Notes: generated from the letters alone by a model not told the origin. DNA of 64,000 nucleotides from Candidatus Obscuribacteraceae bacterium (GCA_044226015.1 JBGAHS010000007.1:352001-416000); one strand, 5' to 3'; positions 52,401 through 57,397 are shown, counted from the stretch's first letter. Numbers and translations are program-made.

Positions 52401-52661
52401 CTGGTCGGTCGCAGAAGAAGCAATGTTCAAGACCTTGCTCAGCACAAGGTTGCTTTGACAAACAGTGAATTTTCTCTTGTGTCTTACTGTATTGAAAGCC
52501 CAGTATTGCGCCATCTCTTCCGCACTGAAGGTCAGGCACGATTGCTGTTCAACCGCATCATGAAAGCTGCTGTCAGTATTAATATGGCTACCACAAGCCA
52601 TGGAAACTACAGTTCTGGTTTCAGAATCGGAACCAACAAGGGGTTCGATCCGAATAACTAG
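28473..52661 (+). CDS. Giant 8062-aa filamentous-haemagglutinin-like beta-helical adhesin/surface protein
   Basis: Uninterrupted 24.2-kb ORF, AGGGG SD, signal-like N-terminus, G/N/T/S-rich GxGGxI repeats, Cys-Cys repeats, non-repetitive C-terminal beta-rich region. Confidence 0.88.
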   Translation: MKSHLSGWGGACAASFACTMFVWQLLYPLCSAAQGRPGSTAPAPAASVGMGGAVDLGSSQVNHAAPNTAPVTIRVGGSVHNGIVNGGTSLTILPGQAITAAALAAVQSVLSTGHQSLLLSTQGTAYGGYLGVTNSLISGANGLTIPSGVTAYSIGATSLSPLTIDGASVLNGAFYALQNQPNITSVLQFGNLTIGSTGTLSGHLPSSLGFLSGVYSSGGLNLNVTNNFLNQGTVSTPGNLSINAGGSIINQSLSGVLASITASSANLFSNIGQVVNSGAITATAGNLNIASAATSNLIVNNLGGVLRASEAINIRDLLYSSSSNTSIIGGDVLSKELNIFGGQGAVLAQVENLTGVVNSSACTISVSAATPNLVFGNINATGDPLLQNTAGDVTISGSFGAGGNTSVIASGDVLAAAGSSLTLTGAGDDLFVVAGANIQGSGPYIITGPKSPTGGKIDLTGMTSISTVGGDIVMAAYDGGNVDSGRIIIPSAPITTKGGDVTLIGADRNAVATNAVDIKSVDTSGGGAHLGNITIRAADLPSNINIVVDASGNATGVSQISSFAGAPLPRNINITGDLIADGAAINLVAGDGVAFGNILIGGQVKNNASAGQAGSFTVFQNSANPFVVGNATVNGIVGAPANSNSILLLPGAAGAGGTLSITNQGTGGITVNNMNSNIQAKASSGNGANYVFSALSTPTSGGPITFNGGGTMDASAVGTGKGGNITINSGTFTNAGGLSTFKADGAGTGAGGIIQITSLASTNDIVVGTVSPAISLSAQGGGTGGNGGTIQVQAGRNLTVDVNAAKAGPLAGNSAGGNYSFEAGAGGAGNLVITGNLNANGIGSGAGGQISLTSNSSTTFSVTGATNGTTGTLSARGGASGGDGGGISIVNKGTGGITITNASSVNVSPQAAGNGGNLTVKSTTGAITLAAGNYSATAGGGNSKGGTLDIEGTDVAISSNAPVVLFADATGTGAGGSVTLKATGVGKNILIDSSTTTKNFQVSARGGSTGSASGDGGSITVTAGGNLTVTASSKFDASPAGNNGNGAKYDLEAGTNGSGTLLIGKSIDANAKGVGNGGNVTLITNTSGATPFEIGTSATSAGVIGTIAAKGGSTGNAGSIVVRNLGDSGIKLDLTTNVDVHATNGSAGSIVLDAAATKGKEGNITIPSGTLDVSATAGAASSGGSVLLQGKDWITSGSGVLNIVADGFGSGSGGSVAFATTSSGSNVTVGSLGGTVTPSLDISAHSGASGGNGGSISVKAGGNLTVNNDPAHFDANPKGTDGAGQSLTFIAGNNGNSGDLFVNTSLSAKGVGNGNGGTIHLETSSAGQFNIGTGSVSPGVNGTLDASAGPTSGNGGTVYVQNHGAGGLNLGATTNVNVAASSGPAGGSGGNITLDAGSGALTIPLSAAPGGATLNAGATGGGTKDGGSITLNANTITMPNTGQTLTLDVHGIGGGNAGKVTTTQGSGPINFDGTAGNFKIDGRSGDGAVITITTPGKLTYDPSVNPYLPLDPNGDGARLTLTSTSGDLYVNGSLDASGVGTGSGGLISLSSNSAGNTPFTIAPGAVTNGVNGTLKANGGTLGGNAGTIQVFDHAANGGSAASKGIIVGDTSNISAVGFQGNGGNIVLKSDNRTVEFQSTKGGTSLDASATGGNFSGGSIDVTGTRIDSNTIKGLTFNANGSGTGAGGAIHLTATDSTIGSITLGTGSGEVQLNAKSGTGATADGGSITVDAAVDITGSSASLNVDSLATADGNGGAIRLHAGLSGNGHIRIAGDVSADGKGKGNGGLVEISSPFNNNFTLGSATGLDYITGKISAKAPVTGTGGTVNIINTRAGAPLNIDFTLTGLIDAGSAQGLFGNVDLLVNGARGSTPNPAAGESVTVTSVAGGGQINGFITTYGTDVAIKTDAPNARVDIGEIRTNFAAATVGTINIDSSNGQGIVSIGEGHKLIAKDNVNITTEIFIDNTTIFQSQKNNGQIVVQSPAGSDLFVRGEGYLTLTGTGSGNLIKFAVPANKTLHVENNLTLQPNDDLSKIQYLAGANGTVVIQAGRTQLINDGAEVVVSTTTFELGSGSSIKANPPGGRTTSIIVDTGASNTDLTVKLDGSASLVAGGSGTPTINIGPTATTADGRNLTFQNNSGGSATLSLLGGDVTTHITSTTAKAVETIDNKLTITADHNILMTANQAVGATQISEIQNNGTINTSLAGGNITAQSNGDLAVDGTNGTWSVSGGAGAINLKASVGSLTGHQLNIGGTQTYDPGAGGTVLYDSPICSVPIGSVNISGTQLVTNTPQNATLTINTALLTFASATALTVQNPSTAVVGLNVTCPSGCDLTVQSPSGGTATLTTTGSKFQIGPSTAGKNLSFTDSGASTANLLFRGGTVTTNTSAGGTQTVAANVNINANNLITMNVDNGTLSNFGIIGATTAANAPGAITVQSSVGNLTISNLGTITVNPAGVGAGAGGTIQILDTPGTLSIASGSLDASAVGPGNFAGGTITVTAQNIGITGGNLNLSADGNGTGKGGTVNVTATSNTGDISVGGASANFNIAARGGGGGGNGGTINLSAGRTVSISSTGGSNFNVSPTAANGSGGDINITASTATSTGDLTIAVDLSSNGLGTGNGGNIKLTNNSTGSINVQGKLQADSGAAGGRGGTITVRNTGGGSATSAITLSNTVSATSVTNNGTFGTITIDSAGASGNGIIDIQSPTITADNVGTGGGSARGGAVSITGRNITLSAGSAHSITADGPTSGSGSGGQVTLNTSSNPASDITLTSGLGGLTMSAHSGSTGGNGGTVTVTAGRNVSLASTGVVDAGVVSGTGNGGSILITGSAGAGSNGVVTIQPTLTVNGSGGGSGGTIKVINNSNAPGAIVINGGTDSLLANGGTGGTILVQNNGQGGTNGGISIQGNVSATSSVSGNPASNTITIDASGNGGGPVSFSTGSVKADVLAGGNGTGGTILIQGSAFTLGGTAGAISSNGAGIGDGGKITIKASGAIADVNIGAGGGAFAVTANATGTGSGGSISVTAGNDINISPTAILQANAKTTGKGGSISLTASSSSTNGVINDLAPISANGAGVGNGGSVTMVNNSSAADAIYIDQAISVDAGVTGSGGTISLTNAGVAGGNGGIHLATKANLSAKSSNANASVATSITIDGKGSGLNPNGVISLDNDSISVAGTGASGSGGNVLVRGEGISLTGVVVKQIDASAAPGSAGGTITFTSLGASNDVSLSAGPGLVLRAQGGSGSGGNGGSVIVDSGKSISLPSPATQILVNPQGTNGNGGNITLRAGNAAAGDLIVGGTVNADGAGSGKGGNIVASLGTAGSGLFQINGNVSANGGSTGNGGTISLTYNDPTNPLHTGSSPATESFVSGTISANGGASAATTGGDITVATNANATLNVDLGNVIQAAKGPGGTLGTLTFDKAGQAVNVVGSSQLIGQVLSHGKSINIDTGAANCVITVRDIVSTSGDVSLKVPCPTGTIEIGPNTTSATPLVQAQGGVVNTFGEFLTMSGAGKITANLAGGTSNIRANTISMAGSSVIESTGANSTLNVQACCTSNLTVNFATGSPTIRNTGTGNSDVNFNSLVNGPVTINSPGVGTISATRNVSFNGGNGSGDVLVSIAQVSGTITGTGHAFSVTTTTGNLTANGITTSTGGSNILLNASGGAVSASNVAGEGDITLTGGNGGVTANTISTNNGKFTATANKTGNIVATDVSSSNTLTLQNNVTNGTITSNGKVQSSGAAVVINTTGNTGSYQNNGSVSGTSVTVTSPQSTLAASASITGTTGSVNFDSNSSTLGLTVNLGINSSATAFSGSSVNFNKNTTGGPITVSGQGDLSAGAKGSVGVNGGAGAVSIDVRSIDCCVIGLGVATGPVGAQAPLGGASVAVKVSSGNVQVGPIAASTGALSAVTTDANGNAVACDNLFAGGAVTLTSGNNGFTSVPSGKTVTGGSVQINTPDLKVDGNINSTTGNVAVDSNKAGGALIVEMGKGSKISAANNQGINFNGGVAGGGSISVTGAGDLSAPGANGHVGVNGGANDVTINVNSVDCCVIGLGASTGPIGQQAPLGGANVSLTVATGDAKIGALAASGNVDVLTNSTTGKAVICDNVVATGKLTMTSGNAGSTDITANKFVNAGSVQINTPTLNVNGTAQINSTVGTINIDSNAPGANPAALTVNLGSGSSINAKTGQSVNFNGGVSGGGQITVTGQGSITAGATGHVGVNGGDDAVSINVKAIDCCVIGLGATLIGPVGQQGPLGGNSVDITVSSGNVQVGPLASNTTLNATTTDANGKAVVCDNIAANGKITLTSGSNSSTDITANKFVNGSTVQINTPTLNVNGTAQINGTSGGVNVDSNAASKALTVNMGTDSQIKGASGTFVEFNKNVAGGGAITVSGQGNLLAGSSGHIGVNGGTGAVSINVKSIDCCVIGLGAATGPVGAQAPLGGASVAVQVSSGNVQVGPIAAATGALSAVTTDANANAIVCDNLFAGGAVTLTSGNNGFTSVPSGKTVTGGSVQINTPDLKVDGNINSTTGNVAVDSNKAGGVLIVEMGKGSKISAANNQGINFNGGVAGGGSISVTGAGDLSAPGANGHVGVNGGANDVTINVNSVDCCVIGLGASTGPIGQQAPLGGANVSLTVATGDAKIGALAASGNVDVLTNSTTGKAVICDNVVATGKLTMTSGNAGSTDITANKFVNAGSVQINTPTLNVNGTAQINSSVGTINIDSNAPGANPAALTVNLGTGSSINAKAGQSVNFNGGVSGGGQITVSGQGSITAGAGGLVGVNGGDDAVSINVRAIDCCVVGLGATLLGPVGQQAPLGGSSVDISVSNGNVQVGPLASSTTLNATTTEANGKAVVCDNIAATGKITLTSGSSGSSDITANKFVNGSTVQINTPTLNLNGTAQINGTTGGVNVDSNAASKALSINMGTDSQIKGASGTFVEFNKNVAGGGAITVTGQGHLLAGSGGHIGVNGGTGAVSINVKSIDCCVIGLGAATGPVGAQAPLGGASVAVQVSSGNVQVGPIAAATGALSAVTTDANANAIVCDNLVAGGAVTLTSGNNGFTSVPSGKTVTGGSVQINTPDLKVDGNINSTTGNIAVDSNKAGGALVVEMGKGSKITAANNQGINFNGGVAGGGSISVTGAGDLSAPGANGHVGVNGGANDVTINVNSVDCCVIGLGAATGPVGQQAPLGGKNVSLTVATGDAKLGALAASGNIDILTNSTTGKAVVCDNVVASGKLTMTSGNAGSTDITANKFVNAGSVQINTPTLNVNGTAQINSTVGTINIDSNAPGANPAALTVNLGTGSSINANPGQSVNLNGGVSGGGQITVTGQGSITAGAGGHVGVNGGDDAVSINVRAIDCCVIGLGATLLGPVGQQAPLGGSSVDITVSNGNVQVGPLASSTTLNATTTDANGKAVVCDNIAATGKITLTSGSNGATDITANKFVNGSTVQINTPTLNLNGTAQINGTTGGVNVDSNSASKALSVNMGTDSQIKGASGTFVEFNKNVAGGGAITVTGQGNLSAGSSGHIGVNGGAGAVSIDVKSIDCCVIGLGAATGPVGAQAPLGGASVAVQVSSGNVQVGPIAATGALTATTTDANGNAVACDNLVAGGTLTMTSGNNGSLSVPLGKTLTGGSIQLTTPNLKVDGSIISTVGNVNVDSNKAGGTLIVNMGTGSKITAANNQGINFNGNVPGGGAISVTGGGDLSAPGPNGHVGVNGGANDVTINVNSVDCCVIGLGAATGPVGQQAPLGGKNVSLTVAAGDAKIGALAASGNIDVLTNSSTGKAVVCDNVVAAGNLTMTSGNAGSTDITANKFVNAASVQINTPTLNVNGTAQINSTVGAINIDSNAPGANPSALTVNLGTGSSINANPGQSVNFNGGVKGGGQITVTGQGSITAGAGGHVGVNGGDDAVSINVRAIDCCVIGLGTTMLGPVGQQAPLGGSSVDVTVSSGNVQVGPLASSGVLNATTTDTNGKAVVCDNIAANGSITLTSGSNGSTDISADKFVNGSTIQINTPTLNVNGKAQINASSGGVNVDSNSVGGALTVNLGTDSQIKGASGTFVEFNKNVPAGGAITIAGQGNLSAGSTGHIGVNGGAGAVSINVKSIDCCVIGLGAATGPVGAQAPLGGASVAVQVSSGNVQIGSIAAATGALSAVTTDANANAIVCDNLFAGGAVTLTSGNNGFTSVPSGKTVTGGSVQINTPDLKVDGNINSTTGNIAVDSNKAGGALIVEMGKGSKITAANNQGINFNGNVPGGGAISVTGGGDLSAPGPNGHVGVNGGANDVTINVNSVDCCVIGLGAATGPVGQQAPFGGANVSLTVATGDAKLGALAASGNIDILTNSTTGKAVVCDNVVASGKLTMTSGNAGSTDITANKFVNAGSVQINTPTLNVNGTAQINSTVGTINIDSNAPGANPAALTVNLGTGSSINANPGQSVNFNGGVTGGGQITVTGQGSITAGAGGHVGVNGGDDAVSINVRAIDCCVIGLGATLIGPVGQQAPLGGNSVDITVSSGNVQVGPLASNTTLNATTTDANGKAVVCDNIAAIGNITLTSGSNGSTDITADKFVNGAAIQINTPSLNVNGKAQINASTGGVNVDSNATGGALSVNIGTDSQIKGASGTFVEFNKNVPAGGAITVSGQGNLSAGSTGHIGVNGGAGAVSIDVKSIDCCVIGLGAASGPVGQQAPLGGSSVGVKVSSGNVQLGPISSTGNINASTTDNNGNAVACGNIAAGGDATLTSGNNGFTTIPTNTFINGTNVQITTPDLKLNGTATVNSNGGNIAIDSNKAGGALIVEMGKGSSLNASTDKAVNFNGGVTGGGQITVTGPGSITAAGPNGSVGVNGGTSPVLIDVTTVNCCVNGLGAVDPASGARLGGSKIDLKVTSGSTGIGDLYSPGAISVTDTDTSATVNVCKNVSGSQVTVTSPNVNFQPNATLYTTAGDVVLQSNDPVGHVLTLTFGDKSGINAGTNNVNLNPTNPGKISTGSTGKGDIVAKSVGVNGGTDSVTLDVHSAECCIVGLGAVGGPASLPLGGSSVSITVATGNTGVGPLYSPGSVAVTNNDTSSGKGNVNVCGNVNASDISLTGKGVVFTGPNTISSTTGGVTLQGNSSAGLDITFVAGSGISAPGQAVNFNPTLAGPITTLSSGVGDINAGSVGVNGGSTGDVLLNVNTISCCVSGLGAMTGGAHQASLGGQSVTVQVSTGNVGLGAIASSTGGLSASTLDSKGNANVCGNVIAGDKVSLTSGDKGSVNVPTGTFVDGNSIAVTTPTLNLNGNASMNSTGGIINVDTVKGGTLTVNMGSGSSINGAQNQPVNFNQNIPGGAKITIVGPGSISGGSVGVNGGNEAVNINVTSVSCCVNGLGPAGPGGAPLGGSSITLNVSSGSTGIGALYSPGAISVTDTDVQAGNVNICGNVTGSKVTLTTPTVTFTGPNTIATTGGDIVIQSNAAKQNLTLNFAPGSGLSAPDHKVNFNPQKAGPITAVGGNGDINAKNVGVNGGLSGNVVLDMNSINCCVRGLGPSRPSDGGPPLGGLNVTISVQVGNVSVGPMSAVGAIKATTADPNGKVIQCGNVVPFAPESLPPVVGSSKVTSTTQPQFSVALDTNFPWLVNGLTQNDLSNNQIYEEMVYPLADIYVCAPRKLSVKKNSQTPNLDEWILVVNDKQPFSLTTDDAFVLAEVGAEFNYSSPGVLVQRSGALALFSGKSAVSIKVGDGTFTLAPNSVVLVKTDGNKFNGICAKGTATFFAPQQKPIAMTELDQISAAPSNENGQNTLSVVPGKVSAAVLAGSSLMKKETCCDPIQKKMIRDVRNAVGGAGASKPQPGNISYFPLLLPTTEANTESPFNSIGFEQNLQAASVAGLSSVQTVLDKDFDMFAVSSAKYSVPNKQHVDLQEGEIVVDSKSSTTVSAGDLTFTLQKGTTASFIKKQNVVAVKNLSDNWTLKPSIQVKVNGRPAGSVLIGNEVIVSANNESVNRFISSDLVGRRRSNVQDLAQHKVALTNSEFSLVSYCIESPVLRHLFRTEGQARLLFNRIMKAAVSINMATTSHGNYSSGFRIGTNKGFDPNN
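39900..49050 (+). repeat. Intragenic ~1683-1686-bp super-repeat (about 5.3 copies), each made of three ~187-aa subunits
   Basis: Equivalent CDN/CGN positions recur near 40220, 41905, 43590, 45275, 46960 and 48645; long stretches are near-identical at the DNA level. Confidence 0.92.
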
Positions 52662-52683
52662 AGCTTCACAATAACTCCAAGAG

Positions 52684-52708
52684 AAGGGAGCCCTCGGGCT
52701 CCCTTTTT
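52684..52708 (+). terminator. Rho-independent terminator of the giant gene
   Basis: AAGGGAGCC-CTCG-GGCTCCCTT followed by a T-run. Confidence 0.9.
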
Positions 52709-52880
52709 GATTTTTGAATTCATTCTAATGCACTTACCTAATCGTAATTCTCCCCTGTACCGGTGATTCTGATTTATATATCCTTACATTCGTGGCAGAG
52801 CGCAAGCTCATAAGTCTTTCAGGGCATGGTTTTTGATATTTGCAGCTCCTGGTCTTTGACCAGGTGTTTTTGGTTTTCGG

Positions 52881-55241
52881 ATGGTTGACGACAAACTCGA
52901 CGTAAATGAACAGGCAAAAAATCTGGGACTTCGAAGTGCCAGTGAACTGCTTAGCCATGAAGCAGAAGTGCTGCGCATGGACGGTTATCTGGGAAAAGGT
53001 CAGAGAATAGCCGTTACCACATATGAGGGTGTGTTGAACACGCCTCAGGGAGTTCTGAACTCGGTCAATCATTTCGTTCAGAATCCGATGGACATCGCCA
53101 AAACTGTAGGCGGCTCAGCTCTAGTCGCTGCTACCTTGAAGACAGTTCTACCTGAAGCCGGACCCGTAGGAAAAGTTGCAGCTGGTGTGATGGGAGCCTG
53201 GTTCATTGCAGAGACAGCGCCGGCTTTTATCAACAGCTACAAAATCGGACTAAATGCTAACAATTGGAAAGAACTCCATGCTTCCGGTAAACAATGGGGT
53301 GATGCAGCCGGACACCTTGCCGTCAGTTCCGGTTTGGGTGTGGTAGGTTTCAAGATTGGTTCTGGTATTTCGGGGCGAGTACTTTCTAGTGCTCGGATGG
53401 ATGGATTTGCAGATCTAAAGCAAAATTTTTGGGACGCAGCTACCGACAAGAGCAAAATGCTCCTCGGCTTAAAGACTGAGATACCGACTGCCTCTGAAGT
53501 CGGATTGAGAGCTAACTATGTAGCAGAAGGTGAAACTGCAAAGCTGGTTGATAGTATTGCGCCAACTCCGGCGGGCGAAAAAATTGGACCTACGAACCCG
53601 CAAGTTGATATGACCGCTACTGTGTTGCTCAAGAGTAAAGCTTCTGTTTTGCGGATGGATCGCTATATTCAACGAATGTCCGAAGGCAGAGAAGTGGCTC
53701 TGACAGATGTCGGAAACGCTTTCGAAAATAGGTTTGGAGCCAAAGCTGAATCACTTGAAGCCGTTAAGAGCTTCGCCGAAAAAAACAATCTAGCTGTTAT
53801 GGAGTCCGACTTGCGCTCTGGTCGGGTTTTGCTTTCGGGAAAATCCGGAGACTTTCAAAAAGCTTTTGATGTCGAGCTTCATGATTATGCGACCAGCAAC
53901 GGCGTTGTAAGCTCACACGCTGGAGCTATCGGATTGCCTAAAGATATCGCACCACATGTACGTGCTGTCTTTGGTGTAGATCAACGCATCGCAGCAAGTT
54001 CCAACTACAAGGTTCAGGTGCTAGCCGAAGAGGCCGCAGCTGCCGAGGCCAATCAAGCTATTGCGCCGGTGAGCCATGATGAATTCATGAAACTGGGGGG
54101 CTATCGAGCCACTGATATAGCGCATGCTCAGAACATTCCTCTTCGTACGGGTGGCGAAGGTCAACACGGTGCCTTTATAAGTGTCGGTGGCGGAATCGAC
54201 TTGCACGACTATAACCTCTTTTTTGCCAAGCATGGGCTTGAACAGCCGAAGCCTCTTCGCATCATCGAGGTCGATGGTGCCAAGAACTCACCGGGAAACC
54301 CTCACATCGGCGATACCGAGAATGCACTGGACGGATTGCAGCTTCAGTCGATAGCGCCCAAAGCTGAGATAAGCATGATACTCGGTCCTAACAATAATAA
54401 GGGACTGCTTGATGTATTTGAACGGTCTATTTTTCCTCGAAATGGTGAGCCACAAATTACTGTAGTAAGCGCTAGCTGGGGGCTAGCCGAACACATTCAA
54501 ACTACCCAGGCTGTTAATGCTCTTTCCATTACTTTTCGCCAGGCTGCAATTCGCGGAGTGCAGGTATTTGCTGGTGCTGGAGATAACGGTGCCAGGGCGC
54601 TTGCACCGACCTATCAACCTGAATATCCAGCGTCCGACCCCAATGTGGTTGGAGTTGGTGGCATGAAAACAGTGCTTAATAACGAAGGCAAATTCGCTAG
54701 TATTAGCGCATGGAATGAAGGTGAAAATAGCTCCACGGGTGGTGGCGTCAGCAAGATCTTCCGCTTGCCGAGATGGCAGAAAGATGTGGGAGTTCCACCA
54801 AATATTGATACCGGACGGGTTGGACGTGGCGTTCCAGACATTTCAACGAATGCTGCCAAAGCAACAGGATATCCGGTCAGAGTTGGTGGACAGGACATAG
54901 TAATCGGTGGTACCAGTGCTGGTGCACCTCTTTATGCTGGAATGATGTTAAACCTTAACGCAGAACTGGCTATGGTTAATATAAAACCTATCACTCCGCT
55001 GAATCCCTGGATGTACGCCCGTGCAAAATCGGGAATCTTCAACGATGTCACAGTTGGTTCTAACAACGGTTATTTCTCTAAGGAAGGTTGGGACCCAGTT
55101 ACTGGCTTGGGCTGGGTAGATGGCGTCAAAATGCTAGAAGCCATGAAAGCTGACCAGACAGCAAACTTTGGCAAAGTGATTCCTTTTCTGCCAGTATCCA
55201 ATATACAACCATTCGAAAATAAAGCTGCCGTTGCTCAGTAG
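52881..55241 (+). CDS. Second S53 peptidase, paralog of 14462-16672
   Basis: ENALD, SASWG, AGDNG, GRGVPDI, GGTSA and GWDPVTGLG motifs. Confidence 0.92.
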   Translation: MVDDKLDVNEQAKNLGLRSASELLSHEAEVLRMDGYLGKGQRIAVTTYEGVLNTPQGVLNSVNHFVQNPMDIAKTVGGSALVAATLKTVLPEAGPVGKVAAGVMGAWFIAETAPAFINSYKIGLNANNWKELHASGKQWGDAAGHLAVSSGLGVVGFKIGSGISGRVLSSARMDGFADLKQNFWDAATDKSKMLLGLKTEIPTASEVGLRANYVAEGETAKLVDSIAPTPAGEKIGPTNPQVDMTATVLLKSKASVLRMDRYIQRMSEGREVALTDVGNAFENRFGAKAESLEAVKSFAEKNNLAVMESDLRSGRVLLSGKSGDFQKAFDVELHDYATSNGVVSSHAGAIGLPKDIAPHVRAVFGVDQRIAASSNYKVQVLAEEAAAAEANQAIAPVSHDEFMKLGGYRATDIAHAQNIPLRTGGEGQHGAFISVGGGIDLHDYNLFFAKHGLEQPKPLRIIEVDGAKNSPGNPHIGDTENALDGLQLQSIAPKAEISMILGPNNNKGLLDVFERSIFPRNGEPQITVVSASWGLAEHIQTTQAVNALSITFRQAAIRGVQVFAGAGDNGARALAPTYQPEYPASDPNVVGVGGMKTVLNNEGKFASISAWNEGENSSTGGGVSKIFRLPRWQKDVGVPPNIDTGRVGRGVPDISTNAAKATGYPVRVGGQDIVIGGTSAGAPLYAGMMLNLNAELAMVNIKPITPLNPWMYARAKSGIFNDVTVGSNNGYFSKEGWDPVTGLGWVDGVKMLEAMKADQTANFGKVIPFLPVSNIQPFENKAAVAQ

Positions 55242-55257
55242 TTTGCGCATTTAGTAT

Positions 55258-55333
55258 CCACATTCCGGCACTTTCGTGGAGCCACAGTCCGGCATTTTCG
55301 GGGCGCCACATTCCGACACCTCGGGGATCCACA
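55258..55333. repeat. Three degenerate 23-24 bp tandem repeats
   Basis: CCACATTCCGGCACTTTCGTGGAG / CCACAGTCCGGCATTTTCGGGGCG / CCACATTCCGACACCTCGGGGAT / CCACA. Confidence 0.75.
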
Positions 55334-55429
55334 AACCGCACTAACTGGTACAGAAATAAAGAAAAGTTGATCACTTTTTGTCTACAAGGCTCAATTATGT
55401 TGCTCCCTAGTGCCGCTGAAAGTCATTGC

Positions 55430-55449
55430 TGATACCTGATTTGGTATCA
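55430..55449. promoter_or_regulatory. Perfect dyad, putative operator upstream of pirin
   Basis: TGATACC-N6-GGTATCA, about 80 bp before the ATG. Confidence 0.45.
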
Positions 55450-55530
55450 AGGCATTGCATGCCTGACAGATTATGCGACTTCGTATACTCGAATTAGTAG
55501 AAGATTAGCCGAGAAAGCAAGGAGGCAAAA

Positions 55531-56223
55531 ATGCTCACACTGAGAGCTTCAGCAGAGCGCGGTAGCACGAAACTTGACTGGCTGGATAGCCGACATACGT
55601 TTTCTTTCGATCAGTACCGTGATCCCAAGCACATGCAATTTGGTGCTCTGCGCGTCATTAATGAAGACTGGATAGAACCTGGCGGTGGCTTTGGTACTCA
55701 TCCGCACCGAGATATGGAAATTATAACTTATGTCATACAGGGAAAACTCAGACACCAAGACAGCCTTGGAAATGGTTCTGTGATTTCTCCCGGTGAGATT
55801 CAAAAGATGTCTGCTGGCACGGGGATTCTGCATAGTGAATTCAATGCTTCAGATTCAGAACCTGTGCATCTGTTGCAAATCTGGATAGTTCCAGAAAAAC
55901 GCGGACTATCTCCATCCTATGAACAAGAGTCATTCCACCTCGTGGAAAACGAGTGGAAGCTACTGGGTGCCGCTGATGGCACGGGACTGGTCAGTATTCG
56001 GCAGAACGTCAAACTGTTCGGACTCTCAACAAGTGTTAGCTCTAGTGTAGAGTTCACTCCAGATAAACACTCACAGCAGTGGATTCAAATAATCAAAGGC
56101 GAGTGTGTAATTAACGGTACTAGAGTGCAGAGTGGAGATGGACTTGCTGTCCGCAGCGACGCTCCGTTGCGAATAGATTCGTTTTCTCAAACGGAACTTC
56201 TTCTGTTCGAACAAACAATCTAG
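55531..56223 (+). CDS. Pirin family protein (YhhW-like)
   Basis: WLDSRHTFSF, GFGTHPHRDMEI, MSAGTGILHSE and LQIWI motifs; AGGAGG SD. Confidence 0.94.
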   Translation: MLTLRASAERGSTKLDWLDSRHTFSFDQYRDPKHMQFGALRVINEDWIEPGGGFGTHPHRDMEIITYVIQGKLRHQDSLGNGSVISPGEIQKMSAGTGILHSEFNASDSEPVHLLQIWIVPEKRGLSPSYEQESFHLVENEWKLLGAADGTGLVSIRQNVKLFGLSTSVSSSVEFTPDKHSQQWIQIIKGECVINGTRVQSGDGLAVRSDAPLRIDSFSQTELLLFEQTI

Positions 56224-56449
56224 CTGACCTAGCGAAGAAAGCCAGTCATCCAGAGCAAAAGAATTACGCCTGATGGTACGCCGAATAACCACAGTAGAAA
56301 TGCTTTTCCCATGATTTGAACTCCTCTAATTGATGTGACATGCTCGGGACGCGAGAAGGAGTTTGAAAGTTCCATTGGTGAAATTAGTCGTAGGTGCAGT
56401 CGGGCTCACACCGGCTTTTTGCAGTAGTTGCTCATTTCAAATCATCGAG

Positions 56450-57397
56450 CTAGCGTTTGCACAAAGCGAAAATCGCTATCTCTAGAGTGAAGAGTAAAAT
56501 CAGCACAACAGAGCCTCTGTAGGTGGCTAACTTGTCGTTCTTGTCAGGATAAAGCCATCTTCTGAACCAACCTACAAAAGCGGGCATAGTAATAAACGAA
56601 GTACACGCTACGCTTCCGACAAGATTCACAAACGTTCTCAGAGTTGATTCCATTCCTTGCATAAGTGGCGCAACAAACATAATTTGAAGCATGACGACGG
56701 GAAACAATCCAAGCAAAACAAGCAAAGCCGTTTTCCAATTTGGCGGTGAATTTCCCTCCGCATCAGTAGGAATCCAACCAGGGAATGCACCGAAAACTCG
56801 ATGAATTCTCTGTTTCTCAATTAGCTCCGCTGACTCAGATACAAGTTCCTTCCTCACTTCCGAATCAAACCAGCTATCCATACTCGCCGGTGAATCAAAG
56901 CGCAAGAGCGTCGACCACTGATTGACTCTTCCGGGCACCGGCGGCTGAAGGTAAATTGATCTATAACCTGGGTGCCGTACTTGGGCCGCCTGAATCCGTG
57001 TAACCCAATTGAAATACTCTTCCTGCATTTCAGGGCGTACTTCTGTAATAATGGCTGTGGAAACATCAGAGTCGACGGCTTGAGTCACCACATCTTCAAT
57101 ATCGACATCATGATCTTGAACACTCTGTTTTAGAACATCCAGTAGTTCTATTCGTTCTATTGAATTTTGCCAATTTCTCGTTTCAGGTTCTGTACTGAAC
57201 CTCTGTACGAGGCGCCATCTTCCTAATTTGTCGTCCTTTGGGGAGATAAGTTCTGCGCTCCAGAAGCCCGGAAACTTTGCTCCTTTCATCATTAGCTCGA
57301 CCAGTTTGGTTGTGAAACTCTCCGATTCAATGCCATGAGGCGAAACAATTATCGTCTCAAGTGCGCAAACATCCGAAGCCTTTGGGGTGAAAGTCAT
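56450..57397 (-). CDS. Tandem ABM-like (dimeric alpha+beta barrel) protein with C-terminal TM helices
   Basis: Two repeats with FPGF/HPGY...RF...W..S..R; PPNWKTALLVLLGLFP; C-terminal hydrophobic helices. Confidence 0.8.
   Translation of the reverse strand: MTFTPKASDVCALETIIVSPHGIESESFTTKLVELMMKGAKFPGFWSAELISPKDDKLGRWRLVQRFSTEPETRNWQNSIERIELLDVLKQSVQDHDVDIEDVVTQAVDSDVSTAIITEVRPEMQEEYFNWVTRIQAAQVRHPGYRSIYLQPPVPGRVNQWSTLLRFDSPASMDSWFDSEVRKELVSESAELIEKQRIHRVFGAFPGWIPTDAEGNSPPNWKTALLVLLGLFPVVMLQIMFVAPLMQGMESTLRTFVNLVGSVACTSFITMPAFVGWFRRWLYPDKNDKLATYRGSVVLILLFTLEIAIFALCKR

Noticed and set aside
28550..52601. Many antisense ORFs inside the giant gene
   Set aside because: Shadow frames produced by Gly/Asn/Thr codon bias and the repeats.
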